A stretch of 64,000 bases of DNA, from the NCBI RefSeq assembly GCF_009914755.1, contig NC_060941.1. One strand, given 5' to 3'. This DNA is from the human T2T-CHM13v2.0 reference genome, Homo sapiens. The notes under the pieces were generated by a model. It had not been told where the DNA came from, made no database searches, and saw nothing but the letters and a program-made list of their open reading frames with translations. Positions 62,841-64,000 of the stretch are shown here, piece after piece. Positions within the stretch are counted from its first letter, which is position 1; every line of letters starts with the position of its first letter. Made by a program: the position numbers and the translations under genes.

Positions 62841-63560
62841 TATGCATATATACTTTGACATAGGTGCTCTGATTAGCAAGTGACAAGAAAGGGGTTTTCA
62901 ACCAACATTGCACACATATCCAGAACACTGTTCAGGGGTAGACGCATTGGGAGGCTGCCCAGTGTTCTGCTGTGGCACTGCTAAAAGCGTGATGGATGCG
63001 CTTCTTCAGGAAGTGTTGCCAGGGGCAGTTCAGGAACTACATGGGGGAAACAGTCCCATTACTTTCCAGCTTTACTCCTCCTGTTAGTCACCAGACAGGG
63101 TTTTGAATCACTTCGGGATCATTTTCTTTATTTGAAAGAATGTGCCTTGGGGCCGGACATCTAAAGCTCCCCAAATGGAATTTCAAGCATAATTTCAAAA
63201 CTTTAAGAGGAATGTAAATTGACTGGACCCGGTAGTCACAATTAGGGAAACAGAAGAGGGAGATATCAGGCACAATCTCATCGCTAGAGACCTTTGACTC
63301 TCCTGTTTTACATTCTTTTCTTTGTTTACGGACGTGGGATTTTTGTTTTTCAAAGTGGTAACCAGAGGTAACTAGGTAAAAAGTTGTATATTCTGCTCTT
63401 TTCGAGACATATTATCTCATAATTTATTTTCATGCTGCTGTGGAGTCTTCATGATAATCACATTTTATGCAATGGGAGCCTCTTTGGAAGACTTAAATCA
63501 TCACATTAACAAGACTCATTTCTCTACTGCAGAAACTTCAAACCCAAGGTCATTCTAAAG

Positions 63561-63629
63561 AGATCTGTCTCTCCCCTTTATAAAGATCTGTCTCTCCCCT
63601 TTATAAGGATCTGTCTCCCCTTTATAAAG
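63561..63629. repeat. 23-bp tandem repeat, 3 copies
   Basis: agatctgtctctcccctttataa at 63561 and 63584, 21-bp variant at 63607. Confidence 0.92.
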
Positions 63630-64000
63630 GTCCAAAAAGATAATCTGTGCATCACTCAGTAACCTTTCTAGTGTTTATTCACTCTAAGACACTTATCCAC
63701 ACCCCATAGCCAAACTTCGTTTTCAGGCAGAGAAAATATGGGTCATGCTTCAGTTATTCATGCCTCAGAGTTGTAAGAGCACAGACAGCTCTGCGGTTTG
63801 ACACTTGGTGGCAAGTCACATCCTATTTTCTGACCCCACTTATTCTGAAACTGGACAATGCTCATTTAAAGCTCTGCCACTTACTGGCTGTGTGTCCTTG
63901 GGCCATAATAATAGTTCATATCAGAATTGTAAGGATTACATGAGCTAATATTTGTCAAGTGCTAAGAACAAACAATGTCTGGCACTTAGTGTCTTGTATT

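Overview
Primate, almost certainly human, genomic DNA from the start of the hair keratin-associated protein (KRTAP) cluster in the type I keratin domain (17q21.2, recognised from the protein sequences and gene order). It holds eight intact single-exon, cysteine-rich genes, all on the minus strand: KRTAP3-3, 3-2, 3-1, 1-5, 1-4, 1-3, 1-1 and 2-1. A disabled KRTAP3 paralogue lies at about 18.9-19.2 kb. Each gene has a TATA-type element (degenerate in 3-3 and 1-4) and an AATAAA. The rest is transposon-rich intergenic DNA: Alu, L1, L2/MIR, ERV1 solo LTRs, a decayed ERV-L provirus, MaLR LTRs and DNA-transposon MITEs. This is a known locus and I do not see a wholly new gene system. The best second-look signals are structural. 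(1) A 158-bp, 98.7%-identical inverted copy is pasted into an ancient LTR with hairpins at both junctions. (2) A young L1 inserted antisense into an old L1 and is truncated exactly at the position homologous to its own target site; a second, older case looks similar. (3) An in-frame duplicate of the KRTAP2-1 C-terminus sits directly behind its stop codon. (4) The KRTAP1-4 TATA box has become a TCF/LEF consensus. (5) The KRTAP3 pseudogene retains its TATA, ATG and polyA signal. Repeat subfamily names are from memory of consensus sequences, and repeat boundaries without a stated target-site duplication (TSD) are approximate.
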